From an uncultured Flavobacteriaceae bacterium (GTDB lineage Bacteria > Bacteroidota > Bacteroidia > Flavobacteriales > Flavobacteriaceae), in contig CAZQRD010000004.1 in NCBI GenBank assembly GCA_964595535.1, forward strand, positions 5,071 to 69,070: 64,000 nucleotides of DNA. The letters are read 5' to 3'. Positions 1-8,629 of this stretch are shown here, one piece after another. How positions within the stretch are numbered: position 1 is the stretch's first letter; each line of letters begins with the position of its first letter. A model generated the notes under the pieces. It did not search any database. It was not told the origin of the DNA and worked only from the letters and a program-made list of their open reading frames with translations. The position numbers and the translations under genes were made by a program.

Positions 1-501
1 AGAAAATTCCAAAAAGGGTCTTGACATTCTATTAGCAACTATAAGTAGGCCTGCGGCGGCTGTGACGGCATAAAGCAGTTGTGCTGACAGAGAAGTTTCC
101 AGCAAGAGATATGTTTTACCAATATCACCCTCCTGAAAAAGAGGTGCGGTCATTACATAGCCAAGAAAGTTGTTGAATCCTAAGATAGATAACCATAAAA
201 TAAAAAGTTGAGGAAGACCTCTTTTTTTGATCGATAGAAACCATCCTCCAGCTAAAATACCTTGTACTAAACTAATAAAAGGACCAGCCAAGGCAATTCC
301 TGTTTTTTGCGAAATACTCAAATGAGCGGTAGATAAGTGCTCAACATAATTATGATGCATTACCGGGGCACTATTTGAAAATAACCCTGCAAGGGCATGT
401 GCAAATTCATGGAATATGGTCGTAAAGAGAAATGCCAGCACGTAGCATAGCGCAGAATTAATGATGATATGGTGTCTTTCAGAAGTCAATTTATGGTTCA
501 A
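1..501 (-). CDS. Site-2 protease / M50-like membrane zinc metallopeptidase, partial (runs off the window start)
   Basis: Hand translation from TTG at 501 gives 167 open codons (LNHKLTSERHHIIINSALCYVLAFLFTTIFHEFAHALAG...IALAGPFISL...EGDIGK...). It has HExxH in a hydrophobic helix plus AGP and GD motifs, and starts 5 nt after the M1 peptidase stop. Not in the ORF track. Confidence 0.75.
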   Translation of the reverse strand, partial: MNHKLTSERHHIIINSALCYVLAFLFTTIFHEFAHALAGLFSNSAPVMHHNYVEHLSTAHLSISQKTGIALAGPFISLVQGILAGGWFLSIKKRGLPQLFILWLSILGFNNFLGYVMTAPLFQEGDIGKTYLLLETSLSAQLLYAVTAAAGLLIVANRMSRPFLEFS

Positions 502-506
502 AATTT

Positions 507-2141
507 TTATTCAGCATTGCTGTAAAAGACTGGAACATAAAAATTCGGATCAACTTTTAAGTCTAGTTTATCTATTTCTATTTTTTTGCTTTGCCATTTG
601 TTTGAGGGAGATAACCACATTTCGTTTCCGTTTAGAAAAACTTTTAAGGGCATATTAAAGTTTTTTAAAGAGTTGGTCCATCTATAGGAAAATTGACCCT
701 TAAAAAAATGGTATTCGAATACCGGAACCTGTGTTGTTCTTAAATATTGATCCCAGAAAACATCCAGTTCCAACCCGGATTCGGTAGCGATATAGTTTTC
801 AACCATCTCGCTGCTGACTGTTTTATGATAGAATTGCTTGTTCAGGCCCCTAAGAATGTTTCTCCATTTTTCATCATCGTCTACCAGTTGCCTGAGCATG
901 TGTAAAACGGCAGAACCCTTATTATAAACATCACCTGAATAATCAATGTCATTAATATCATATTTCCCAATGATTGGTTTGTCATTTGATATTTCATTTC
1001 TTACTGACCGTTGATAGGTATCACCAGCAGCCTTCCCGTAGTGATATTCTACAAAAAGGCCCTCAGAATAGGTAGTGAATGATTCATGAATCCATATGTC
1101 TGCAATATCCTTAAATGTGATATTACAGGCAAACCATTCATGACCTGACTCATGAATAATGATAAAATCAAATTTGTCGCCATATCCAGATTTCCTAAAA
1201 TCTTTTCCATACCAGCCGTTAGTATATTGATTCCCATACGTTGTGGCGCTTTGATGCTCCATGCCTGAGTACGGGACTTCTATGAGTTTGTAGCTGTCTT
1301 CGTAAAAAGGATATGGGCCAAACCAATGCTCAAAGGCTTCAAGCATTAAAGGCACCTGCTTAAAATGGATTTTGGCTTTATCTAAATTTTGTTTTAATAC
1401 ATAATAGCTACATTCCAATGGGCCCTTCTCACCTTGATAAACCTCCTTAAAATTCGCATAATTACCAATATTGAAATTAATTCCATAATTATTGATTGGA
1501 TTGGAAACAAACCAATGATAAGTTTTAGTTTTATTTTTTTTCTTTTCAACGTTCAGTAGTTTACCATTGCCAACTGCAACTAAATCTCGATCTACGTTGA
1601 TACTGAATTTTAAACTGTCCACTTCGTCATACATATGATCTTTACAAGGCCACCACTGGCTCGATCCTGCTCCCCAACTTATGCTCGACGCAAAAGGATT
1701 GCCTAAACTGTCTTTTTCCCAGACCATTCCCGAATCCCAGGGTGGCCTGGGAGCAACGCGTGGCTTGCCATTGTAATGAATTTTGATTTCATTCATATGA
1801 TCTGCTATTTGTTCTTTTCCCATTTGAATGAAATATGCATTTCCATCTCTGGTAAAATTCAATTCTTTACCACTTTGAGTTACCTTGGAGATCTGCATAG
1901 GCGGTTGTAGATCAATTTGCATAAGGTCATTTGAGTTGAGGACTTTATATGTAATTGTATTGGTACCCTGAATGCTTTGTTTATTGATGTCAACGGCGAT
2001 GTCAAGATGATAATAAGAAAGGTCCCACCAGGCCCTTTCGGGAGTGATACTCCCTCTTAAGGTATCTTGTTTGGTGTATTCTTGAGCGTAAAAGGTGATA
2101 CTTGTAAAGCAAAATAGTAAAAGGATACAGGATCGTGTCAT
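507..2141 (-). CDS. M1 family aminopeptidase (gluzincin), secreted
   Basis: GMEH exopeptidase motif, HESGHEW...E (HExxH-18x-E), catalytic Tyr in VYNKG, signal peptide ending AQ. Confidence 0.92.
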   Translation of the reverse strand: MTRSCILLLFCFTSITFYAQEYTKQDTLRGSITPERAWWDLSYYHLDIAVDINKQSIQGTNTITYKVLNSNDLMQIDLQPPMQISKVTQSGKELNFTRDGNAYFIQMGKEQIADHMNEIKIHYNGKPRVAPRPPWDSGMVWEKDSLGNPFASSISWGAGSSQWWPCKDHMYDEVDSLKFSINVDRDLVAVGNGKLLNVEKKKNKTKTYHWFVSNPINNYGINFNIGNYANFKEVYQGEKGPLECSYYVLKQNLDKAKIHFKQVPLMLEAFEHWFGPYPFYEDSYKLIEVPYSGMEHQSATTYGNQYTNGWYGKDFRKSGYGDKFDFIIIHESGHEWFACNITFKDIADIWIHESFTTYSEGLFVEYHYGKAAGDTYQRSVRNEISNDKPIIGKYDINDIDYSGDVYNKGSAVLHMLRQLVDDDEKWRNILRGLNKQFYHKTVSSEMVENYIATESGLELDVFWDQYLRTTQVPVFEYHFFKGQFSYRWTNSLKNFNMPLKVFLNGNEMWLSPSNKWQSKKIEIDKLDLKVDPNFYVPVFYSNAE

Positions 2142-2331
2142 AAGGCTGGATTGATTTCTTTAAAGGTAGTTAAATTATTCGTTTACAAACGACTACATTC
2201 AATTACATACGAAAGTAAATGTTTATCAGGCAAACTTTTTGATTATCTAGTCACAAATTTGCAGAAGCGAATCAGTTCAGGTTTGCAAGAAGTTTAACCG
2301 CTCATAATAAACGGGCATTAAAATTAACAAG

Positions 2332-2670
2332 ATGAACAAATTGAGAAACAGAGTACAATTGATTGGACATTTAGGAATGAACCCAGAGGTAAAGACTCTT
2401 GATTCAGGAAGAAAACTGGCAAAGTTTTCATTGGCAACAAATGACAGTTACACAAATGCAAATGGTGAAAAAATTGATGAAACTGAATGGCATAATGTTA
2501 TTGCATGGAATAAAACAGCCGATATTGTAGAGTCTTATCTGGAAAAAGGTAAGGAAGTGGCCCTGGAAGGAAAACTCACCACCAGATCCTGGGATGACGA
2601 GAAGGGCAATAAAAAATATATCACAGAAGTTGTTTGTAATGAGATTCTGTTTTTAGGAGCTAAGGGCTAA
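2332..2670 (+). CDS. ssb: Single-stranded DNA-binding protein, short form without acidic tail
   Basis: NRVQLIGHLGMNPE, ETEWHNVIAW, VALEGKLTTRSW OB-fold motifs; 112 aa. Confidence 0.95.
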   Translation: MNKLRNRVQLIGHLGMNPEVKTLDSGRKLAKFSLATNDSYTNANGEKIDETEWHNVIAWNKTADIVESYLEKGKEVALEGKLTTRSWDDEKGNKKYITEVVCNEILFLGAKG

Positions 2671-2671
2671 G

Positions 2672-2767
2672 TATATTGCTAGAATGCTATAATGATACAA
2701 TGAGAGGATTCTTGAAAATTGTAAATAGAAATAGCCTATTCAATCATTATAGCATTCAGGCATTATA
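2672..2767. repeat. 25-bp inverted repeat (22/25 matches; inner 15 bp perfect) around a 46-bp spacer
   Basis: GAATGCTATAATGAT (2682-2696) is the exact reverse complement of ATCATTATAGCATTC (2743-2757); pairing extends to 2672/2767 with 3 mismatches. Confidence 0.85.
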
Positions 2768-2824
2768 AGATTAAATGTTTAAACTCCTTTTCCTTATTTT
2801 AGTGGGTACCTAAAAGAGTCATTT

Positions 2825-3247
2825 ATGAAATCATTTCAAAAAGAGATCAGTTTAGATCCACATCCTCGCGGATTTCACTTGATCACAGGTCAAATTTTGG
2901 AAGAAGTACCTGAAATAAAGAAAATCAACATCGGATGGATGCAGCTGTTTATCAAACATACGTCAGCGAGTTTGACGATTAATGAAAATGCTGATCCAAC
3001 GGTGAGAACTGATTTTGAAAGTCATATGAATAAATTGGTTCCAGAAGATGCGCCATATTATGTACATACCTATGAAGGTTCTGATGATATGCCGGCCCAT
3101 ATCAAGGCTTCATTGATGGGAGCTTCATTACAAGTACCCATTACAAATGGAAAGCTGAATATGGGTATCTGGCAAGGAATTTACTTGTGTGAGCATAGAA
3201 ATCATGGTGGATTGAGAAGAATTGTAGTGACTCTACAAGGATCTTAA
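2825..3247 (+). CDS. yjbQ: YjbQ (UPF0047) secondary thiamine-phosphate synthase family protein
   Basis: HTSASLTINENADP, HTYEGSDDMPAHIK, LNMGIWQGIYLCEHR. Confidence 0.92.
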   Translation: MKSFQKEISLDPHPRGFHLITGQILEEVPEIKKINIGWMQLFIKHTSASLTINENADPTVRTDFESHMNKLVPEDAPYYVHTYEGSDDMPAHIKASLMGASLQVPITNGKLNMGIWQGIYLCEHRNHGGLRRIVVTLQGS

Positions 3248-3271
3248 CACTCTATTGTATTTTTCATTAAA

Positions 3272-3697
3272 TCATTGATCATAACTCACCATCCATTGGA
3301 TTCCAAATTGGTCTGTAAACATGCCAAAATAGGAATTCCAAAAGGTTTTATTCATTGAAATAATAATGAGTCCATTTTGAGAAAGTTCATTAAAGAGCCT
3401 ATCAGCTTCGTCTTTACTATCAGTTTCGATTGAAATCGAAAAATTATTTCCTTGATTAAACCTTTCTTTCCATTCTCCACTGGTATCACTGCCCATTAGA
3501 ATAGTTTCCTTACTGATGGGAAATGAAACGTGCATTACTTTATTTTTATCTGAATCGGAAATAGGGTATTTTCGGTCTTTAGGCATATCTTTAAATTTTC
3601 CAATATGTCTAAACTCTCCACCAAATACTGATTTGTAAAAGTTAAATGCTTCTTCACAATTTCCATTAAAAGTTAAATAGGGGTTTATTGTTGTCAT
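3272..3697 (-). CDS. VOC / PhnB-like glyoxalase family protein
   Basis: INPYLTFNGNCEEAFNFYKSVFGG, VMHVSF, FWNSYFGMFTDQFGIQWMV. Start refined to ATG 3697 (track start 3724 overlaps the upstream ORF). Confidence 0.9.
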   Translation of the reverse strand: MTTINPYLTFNGNCEEAFNFYKSVFGGEFRHIGKFKDMPKDRKYPISDSDKNKVMHVSFPISKETILMGSDTSGEWKERFNQGNNFSISIETDSKDEADRLFNELSQNGLIIISMNKTFWNSYFGMFTDQFGIQWMVSYDQ

Positions 3698-3707
3698 CTT
3701 TGTTTTG

Positions 3708-4196
3708 CTATGAAATTTTGGCATCCACTCTTCCTTTTCCTAGCTGAATTATAAGATTTTTTGATTTTAATTGGTCCTCAAAGTCCTTCTCAAGATCTTT
3801 AAGGGCTCCATCATCCAGTAGTTCTTTTTTAAACCTGCTCAAGGTACTATGTCCGGGAACACTATCTTCAATAGTCAATCCACAGAATCTAAGTGTCGAG
3901 ATACTGTCATAGACCATGGCCTCTGTTTGGGTGTCTGATAGCTGATACCATTTGGAGATCAAATGCATTTTAAAAAGCAAAAGTGGCGAATAAGCTTTGG
4001 CTCCTCTGTCTGTAAGTCCCTTGGTATAGATCATTTTAAGCTTTCTAGAAAGAGGGTCCCAATTGATAAGTTCGTTGAGCTGAGCAAAAAATTCATTTTT
4101 CCCACTGTGTTTATCCACATAAGGGGCCACAAAACTGCGTTGAGGGTCATTGATATTCTTATAACTTTTCACCTTTCTAAGGTACGACATATCCAT
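3708..4196 (-). mobile_element. IS5-family transposase N-terminal domain (DUF772-like) only; catalytic DDE region absent
   Basis: LNELINW, GAKAYSPLLLFKMHLISKWYQLSDTQTE, RFCGLTIEDSVPGHSTLSRF; ends at VDAKIS where the DDE domain would begin; no terminal IRs seen. Confidence 0.8.
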
Positions 4197-4333
4197 TTGA
4201 AAAACAAGACGCTAAACAAAATATACAGGGATATGGTATGAGTTAATGGATCGAAATTTCAATAAGAACCCTTTGAATTTTTATTTTTACCTTAGTCCGT
4301 AGATTATGGGTTCCAGTCATTCTTAAAGAAATA

Positions 4334-5368
4334 ATGAGAAAACTTAAATACTTATTTGTTTATATTCTTCCCTTGGGAGTGTATTTTGCTTTTAACAGAA
4401 ATGGCTGGAGAACGTTTTCTCCGATTATCTTTTCGTTTGTTCTCATTCCTCTTTTCGAACTTTTTTTAACCCCCAACAGGAAAAATTTTGATCAGGAAAC
4501 ACTGCTCAAAGAAAAGAATAGCAGGATCTATGATTGGATATTGTATGTATCGGTTCCTGTGCAATTGTTAATGCTAACTTCATTTCTATTTGTTATTGAA
4601 CTCACTCCAATGGGTTCGGTGAGCTTTGTTGGTAAGGTTTTTGCCATGGGGCTGTTATGTGGTGTTCTGGGAATCAACATAGGTCATGAACTTGGACACC
4701 GTGCATCGAGAGGGGAACAATTCTTAGGGGAGGTTTTGCTATTGACGTCACTCAATACACATTTTCTTCCTTATCACAATGAAGGACATCACAGGGAAGT
4801 TGCAACACCTAATGATGCTGCTACAGCTAAAAGGGGGCAATCTCTTTTTTCTTTTTGGATCACTTCCCATTTTGGGAGTTATGCGAAAGCATGGAAGATT
4901 GAAAACAAAAGAGTGAAACGAAATGGTAAATCCATTTTTTCTTTATCGAATAGAATGATCTCTTATTCCATTGCAAATATCATGTTGCTTTTAGCAATTT
5001 ATTACTTTTTTGACGCCAAGGTGCTTTTGGCATTTGTCCTTGCTGCTGTGATAGGCATATTGTTGCTGGAAACAGTAAATTATATTGAGCATTACGGTTT
5101 ATTAAGAACTAAAAATGAAAAGGGAAGATATGAGCGAGTCAAACATCAGCATTCCTGGAATTCAGATCATCAGATTGGGAGATTGATGCTTTTTAATCTT
5201 TCAAGGCATTCAGATCATCATTATAAAGCCAGTAAAAAATACCAGGTGTTGGAATCACTTCCCAACAGTCCTCAAATGCCAACAGGGTATCCGGGAATGA
5301 TGGTACTGGCTTTTATTCCTCCTTTGTGGTTCAGCCTTATGAACCCAAAACTGGAAGGCATTTATTGA
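4334..5368 (+). CDS. alkB: Alkane 1-monooxygenase (membrane non-heme di-iron hydroxylase)
   Basis: His boxes HELGH, HNEGHH, NYIEHYG, RHSDHH and the LPNSPQMPTGYP tail. Confidence 0.9.
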   Translation: MRKLKYLFVYILPLGVYFAFNRNGWRTFSPIIFSFVLIPLFELFLTPNRKNFDQETLLKEKNSRIYDWILYVSVPVQLLMLTSFLFVIELTPMGSVSFVGKVFAMGLLCGVLGINIGHELGHRASRGEQFLGEVLLLTSLNTHFLPYHNEGHHREVATPNDAATAKRGQSLFSFWITSHFGSYAKAWKIENKRVKRNGKSIFSLSNRMISYSIANIMLLLAIYYFFDAKVLLAFVLAAVIGILLLETVNYIEHYGLLRTKNEKGRYERVKHQHSWNSDHQIGRLMLFNLSRHSDHHYKASKKYQVLESLPNSPQMPTGYPGMMVLAFIPPLWFSLMNPKLEGIY

Positions 5369-5375
5369 AAAAGAA

Positions 5376-7793
5376 TCAATCGTTGGTAATTATCCTCCTC
5401 ACAGGTGCAGGTGCCTGAATTCCTGCTTCTTTCAATGCTTTAAATATTTGCAAGGCGATATGACTGTCTGTCTTTAAGGTATCCGAAAAGGTAGTCCAAT
5501 ATAACAAAGCAAAATTTAAGTTACCGTCGGGCCCATACCCATAGAAATAAGTTTTGGGAGCCGGTTCAGCACTGGTGTTGGAATGATCTAAAGCAATTTT
5601 ATTGAACAGTTCGATTACCTTTTCCGGATCTGCACCAGGAGATGTTTTCATTGGGATCTTACTTCTTCGATTCCTGTTTGATAAGGTCCAGTTGACCACT
5701 TTTTTAGAGATCAGATCACCGTTTGGAATAATGACTTCAGCACCAGAATAAGCCCTGATATTACTTGACCGAACACCAATATTGGTTACAACCCCCATTT
5801 CCATATCAACTTCAATAGTATCCCCTAAATTGATCGGCCTTTCAAAAGCGAGGATTAATCCGGAAACAAAATTAAGGACCACATTCTGTAATCCAAACCC
5901 AATACCCACTCCAAGAGCTCCAAGGATAAAGCCAAGACTGCTTAGATCCACTCCTGCGGCAGAGGACCCTGCATATAGCCCCACCACAATAACAACGATG
6001 CGCAATACCAGTGAAATGGCAGGAGCAATACCTCTTGGTAAAACATTGACCATCCATTCATCCTGAAACAGAGCTGCGGCCATCTTTGCAATGATCAAGG
6101 TTAAAACAAAGATTCCAATAAAAGACAGAATACCCCCAAGTGATATGTTCATTTCCCCGATTTGCCAATGCAGGGCCATTAATTCTTCGAACCAATTCAC
6201 CAAAACGTCAAATAATTCAAAACCAGAAATGGTAAAAAACAACCAGAAAACAATCCCTACGAAATTAAATAATGGCCTGATTCTCTGATGAGTGGCATTT
6301 ACCATTGCCGTAATCGTTTGAATATTCGTCGAAGTTCTGAATTTGAAGATAAGAATGAAAATACTTGTGAATACCTTTACGGCCAGGTAAATAATCATTC
6401 CAAATGTTAGTGATAGGATCACAGCCTTGGTGATGTAATTTGATAAGGCTACCATTCCAATTAGATTCGCGACAATAGAAAGTACAAGAAGGATCATATA
6501 AAGAACCGAAATAAACTTAAAGAGTTTGAAGATTTGAGAGAATTTTTCCGGATTCGAGATGACTATTTTTCTGCCAACAAATAAAGACATAATAAGAAGT
6601 ATGGCGTCAAGAATGAGAAGCCATCTAACTAAGTTGGCTTTTACTCCTATAAAGGCTTCAAAAGTGTTCAATAGATAAACCGCAAAAAGCAACCAGAGAA
6701 AGGTACTGAATTTACGGTCAGTGACTTTGGGAAGAAGCAGTACTGTTGCAAATAAAACAATCAGTATATGAAATTCTGCATAAGCAGGAACCATGGAAAC
6801 ATAGAAAAAGGCAGAAACCAGTATGCCAACCGAAAGGGTTGTTAAAATGGGGTTCTTAAGAATTGTTTTGGCCTGTAGCTCAATAGGACTTTGTAAGGTT
6901 AAAATATTTTTTTTCAACTTGATATTTGCTGCCATTAAAAACCCAAGTAAGAGGATCAAGAAGATGACTTGTAAGACAAAAGTTTTAATGTTTAAGTGAA
7001 AAAAACCAAGAAACTGTTTTCTGTTTTGTTTTATGCCTTGTTTTATCAATTCTCCGGAGCTTAATGCTGCAGGAGCGATACTGTCATTAGTTTCAACACT
7101 TTGACCACCCTTCCAAATAGGGGGACTGTCAAGAGCGAAATAATCCTTTCGTCTTTGATTTTCGGCAAATTCGATATTTGCGATCTCCTCATCAACAATC
7201 AATACCAGATCCGTAATTTTTTTCTGAGTCAAAAAGATCAAGTCAAGCCGTTTATGGGCAGATTTCATGATCCCTGTCAGGGATTCAAGGATGCCATCGA
7301 TACTTTCACCTACATCTTTAGATTCGCTTCTCTCTTCAAGTTCCTTTTTAGTAAGTTCCCAACGATTTAAATCATAAAATAGATCATTAATAATTTTACT
7401 AATTTCTTCAGACCGATTCTTTACAACAGTTTGGTATTCACTCAATACAGACTTGTAATTAGCCCATTCAACTTTCCGAACCTTTAGATCTCTAAGGGTA
7501 ATATCTTCCCTTTTTAAAATGATGGAGTCAACTAATTCCTTTATTTCAGGGGAAGCAATTTCTACAATTGAATCTATTTCGGAAATTCTTTCGCTCTTGT
7601 CAAGCGCACCTTTTAGTTTGAGGAGTCGCTGCCCCAGTTTTTCTGACTCTTCTGAAATTTCGCCAATGCTGATCAGGTCTTGAACAACAGGAACACTGTC
7701 TTTTTTAGAAGTTGGCTCTTGAGCGTTGACTGCGCTAAGGAAGAATAAAAATATCAGGAAGACAGAATGGACTTTGACAAATCGGCGCTTCAT
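5376..7793 (-). CDS. Large MscS-family (MscK-like) mechanosensitive channel
   Basis: Signal peptide, coiled-coil N-domain, many TM helices, GVGIGFGLQNVVLNFVSGLILAFERPINLGD and IIPNGDL MscS core. Confidence 0.9.
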   Translation of the reverse strand: MKRRFVKVHSVFLIFLFFLSAVNAQEPTSKKDSVPVVQDLISIGEISEESEKLGQRLLKLKGALDKSERISEIDSIVEIASPEIKELVDSIILKREDITLRDLKVRKVEWANYKSVLSEYQTVVKNRSEEISKIINDLFYDLNRWELTKKELEERSESKDVGESIDGILESLTGIMKSAHKRLDLIFLTQKKITDLVLIVDEEIANIEFAENQRRKDYFALDSPPIWKGGQSVETNDSIAPAALSSGELIKQGIKQNRKQFLGFFHLNIKTFVLQVIFLILLLGFLMAANIKLKKNILTLQSPIELQAKTILKNPILTTLSVGILVSAFFYVSMVPAYAEFHILIVLFATVLLLPKVTDRKFSTFLWLLFAVYLLNTFEAFIGVKANLVRWLLILDAILLIMSLFVGRKIVISNPEKFSQIFKLFKFISVLYMILLVLSIVANLIGMVALSNYITKAVILSLTFGMIIYLAVKVFTSIFILIFKFRTSTNIQTITAMVNATHQRIRPLFNFVGIVFWLFFTISGFELFDVLVNWFEELMALHWQIGEMNISLGGILSFIGIFVLTLIIAKMAAALFQDEWMVNVLPRGIAPAISLVLRIVVIVVGLYAGSSAAGVDLSSLGFILGALGVGIGFGLQNVVLNFVSGLILAFERPINLGDTIEVDMEMGVVTNIGVRSSNIRAYSGAEVIIPNGDLISKKVVNWTLSNRNRRSKIPMKTSPGADPEKVIELFNKIALDHSNTSAEPAPKTYFYGYGPDGNLNFALLYWTTFSDTLKTDSHIALQIFKALKEAGIQAPAPVRRIITND

Positions 7794-7926
7794 ATACAGG
7801 GTTTTAAAAGCAACAAGATACTTATTTTTTTGTTTCTGGCACCTATTTTACAACTCCCGATCAGATGCTTGTCATGCTAAAAATTTCATTTATATTTAGT
7901 ACTGGATTAACCATAACGGTGAAGCG

Positions 7927-8622
7927 ATGAAAAAAATAGGATTAATAGGTGGCATGAGTTGGGAATCGACCCTTTTGTATTATCAGCTCCTTAATAAAAA
8001 AGTAAAAGCTATGCTGGGAGGATTGCACTCGGCAAATTGTGTGATCGAATCAGTTGATTTTTCTGAAATTGCATATTTACAAGGGAAAGATGATTGGAAA
8101 AGTCTGGATGATCTTATGATCAAAAGAGCTAAATCCCTAGAAACCTCTGGAGCGGAGCTCATCTTGATATGTGCAAATACGATGCATTTAAGTGTCGGGG
8201 CCATAGAACAACACACGAAAATACCGATTGTACATATTGCGGAAGTCACAGCAGATGAAGTCAAAAAGGCACAGCTTGATAAAGTAGCTTTACTGGGTAC
8301 AAGATTTACCATGGAAAGGGATTTTTTTAAAAACATACTCAAGGGTCATGGCATCGAGGTAGTGGTTCCGGAACAAAAGGATCGGGAACTGGTAAATGAC
8401 ATTATTTACAAGGAATTGGTCAGAGGAGTTTTAAAAAGGGAATCCAAAGATATTTATTTACGCATTATTGAAGATCTAAGAATGAAAGGAGCTCAGGGCG
8501 TCATTTTAGGATGCACAGAGATTCCTTTGTTAATCAAACCTGAAGATCTAGATCTTCCCATATTTAATACGACTAAAATTCATGCTGAAAAAGCTGTGGA
8601 ACTTGCTTTAACCGATCTGTAA
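7927..8622 (+). CDS. Aspartate/glutamate racemase family protein (YgeA/RacX-like)
   Basis: IGLIGGMSWEST and the two catalytic Cys in ICANTMH and LGCTEIP. Confidence 0.92.
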   Translation: MKKIGLIGGMSWESTLLYYQLLNKKVKAMLGGLHSANCVIESVDFSEIAYLQGKDDWKSLDDLMIKRAKSLETSGAELILICANTMHLSVGAIEQHTKIPIVHIAEVTADEVKKAQLDKVALLGTRFTMERDFFKNILKGHGIEVVVPEQKDRELVNDIIYKELVRGVLKRESKDIYLRIIEDLRMKGAQGVILGCTEIPLLIKPEDLDLPIFNTTKIHAEKAVELALTDL

Positions 8623-8629
8623 GTAGTGA

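Noticed and set aside
461-658. 65-aa plus-strand ORF
   Set aside because: Antisense to the ends of two well-supported minus-strand genes; no recognisable features
3963-4241. 92-aa ORF antisense to the IS5 fragment
   Set aside because: No motif; shadow of the transposase-derived frame
4197-4333. Search for IS terminal inverted repeats / target duplications around the transposase fragment
   Set aside because: Only a 6-bp GAACCC/GGGTTC pair was seen, with no matching end near 3700; not an intact IS
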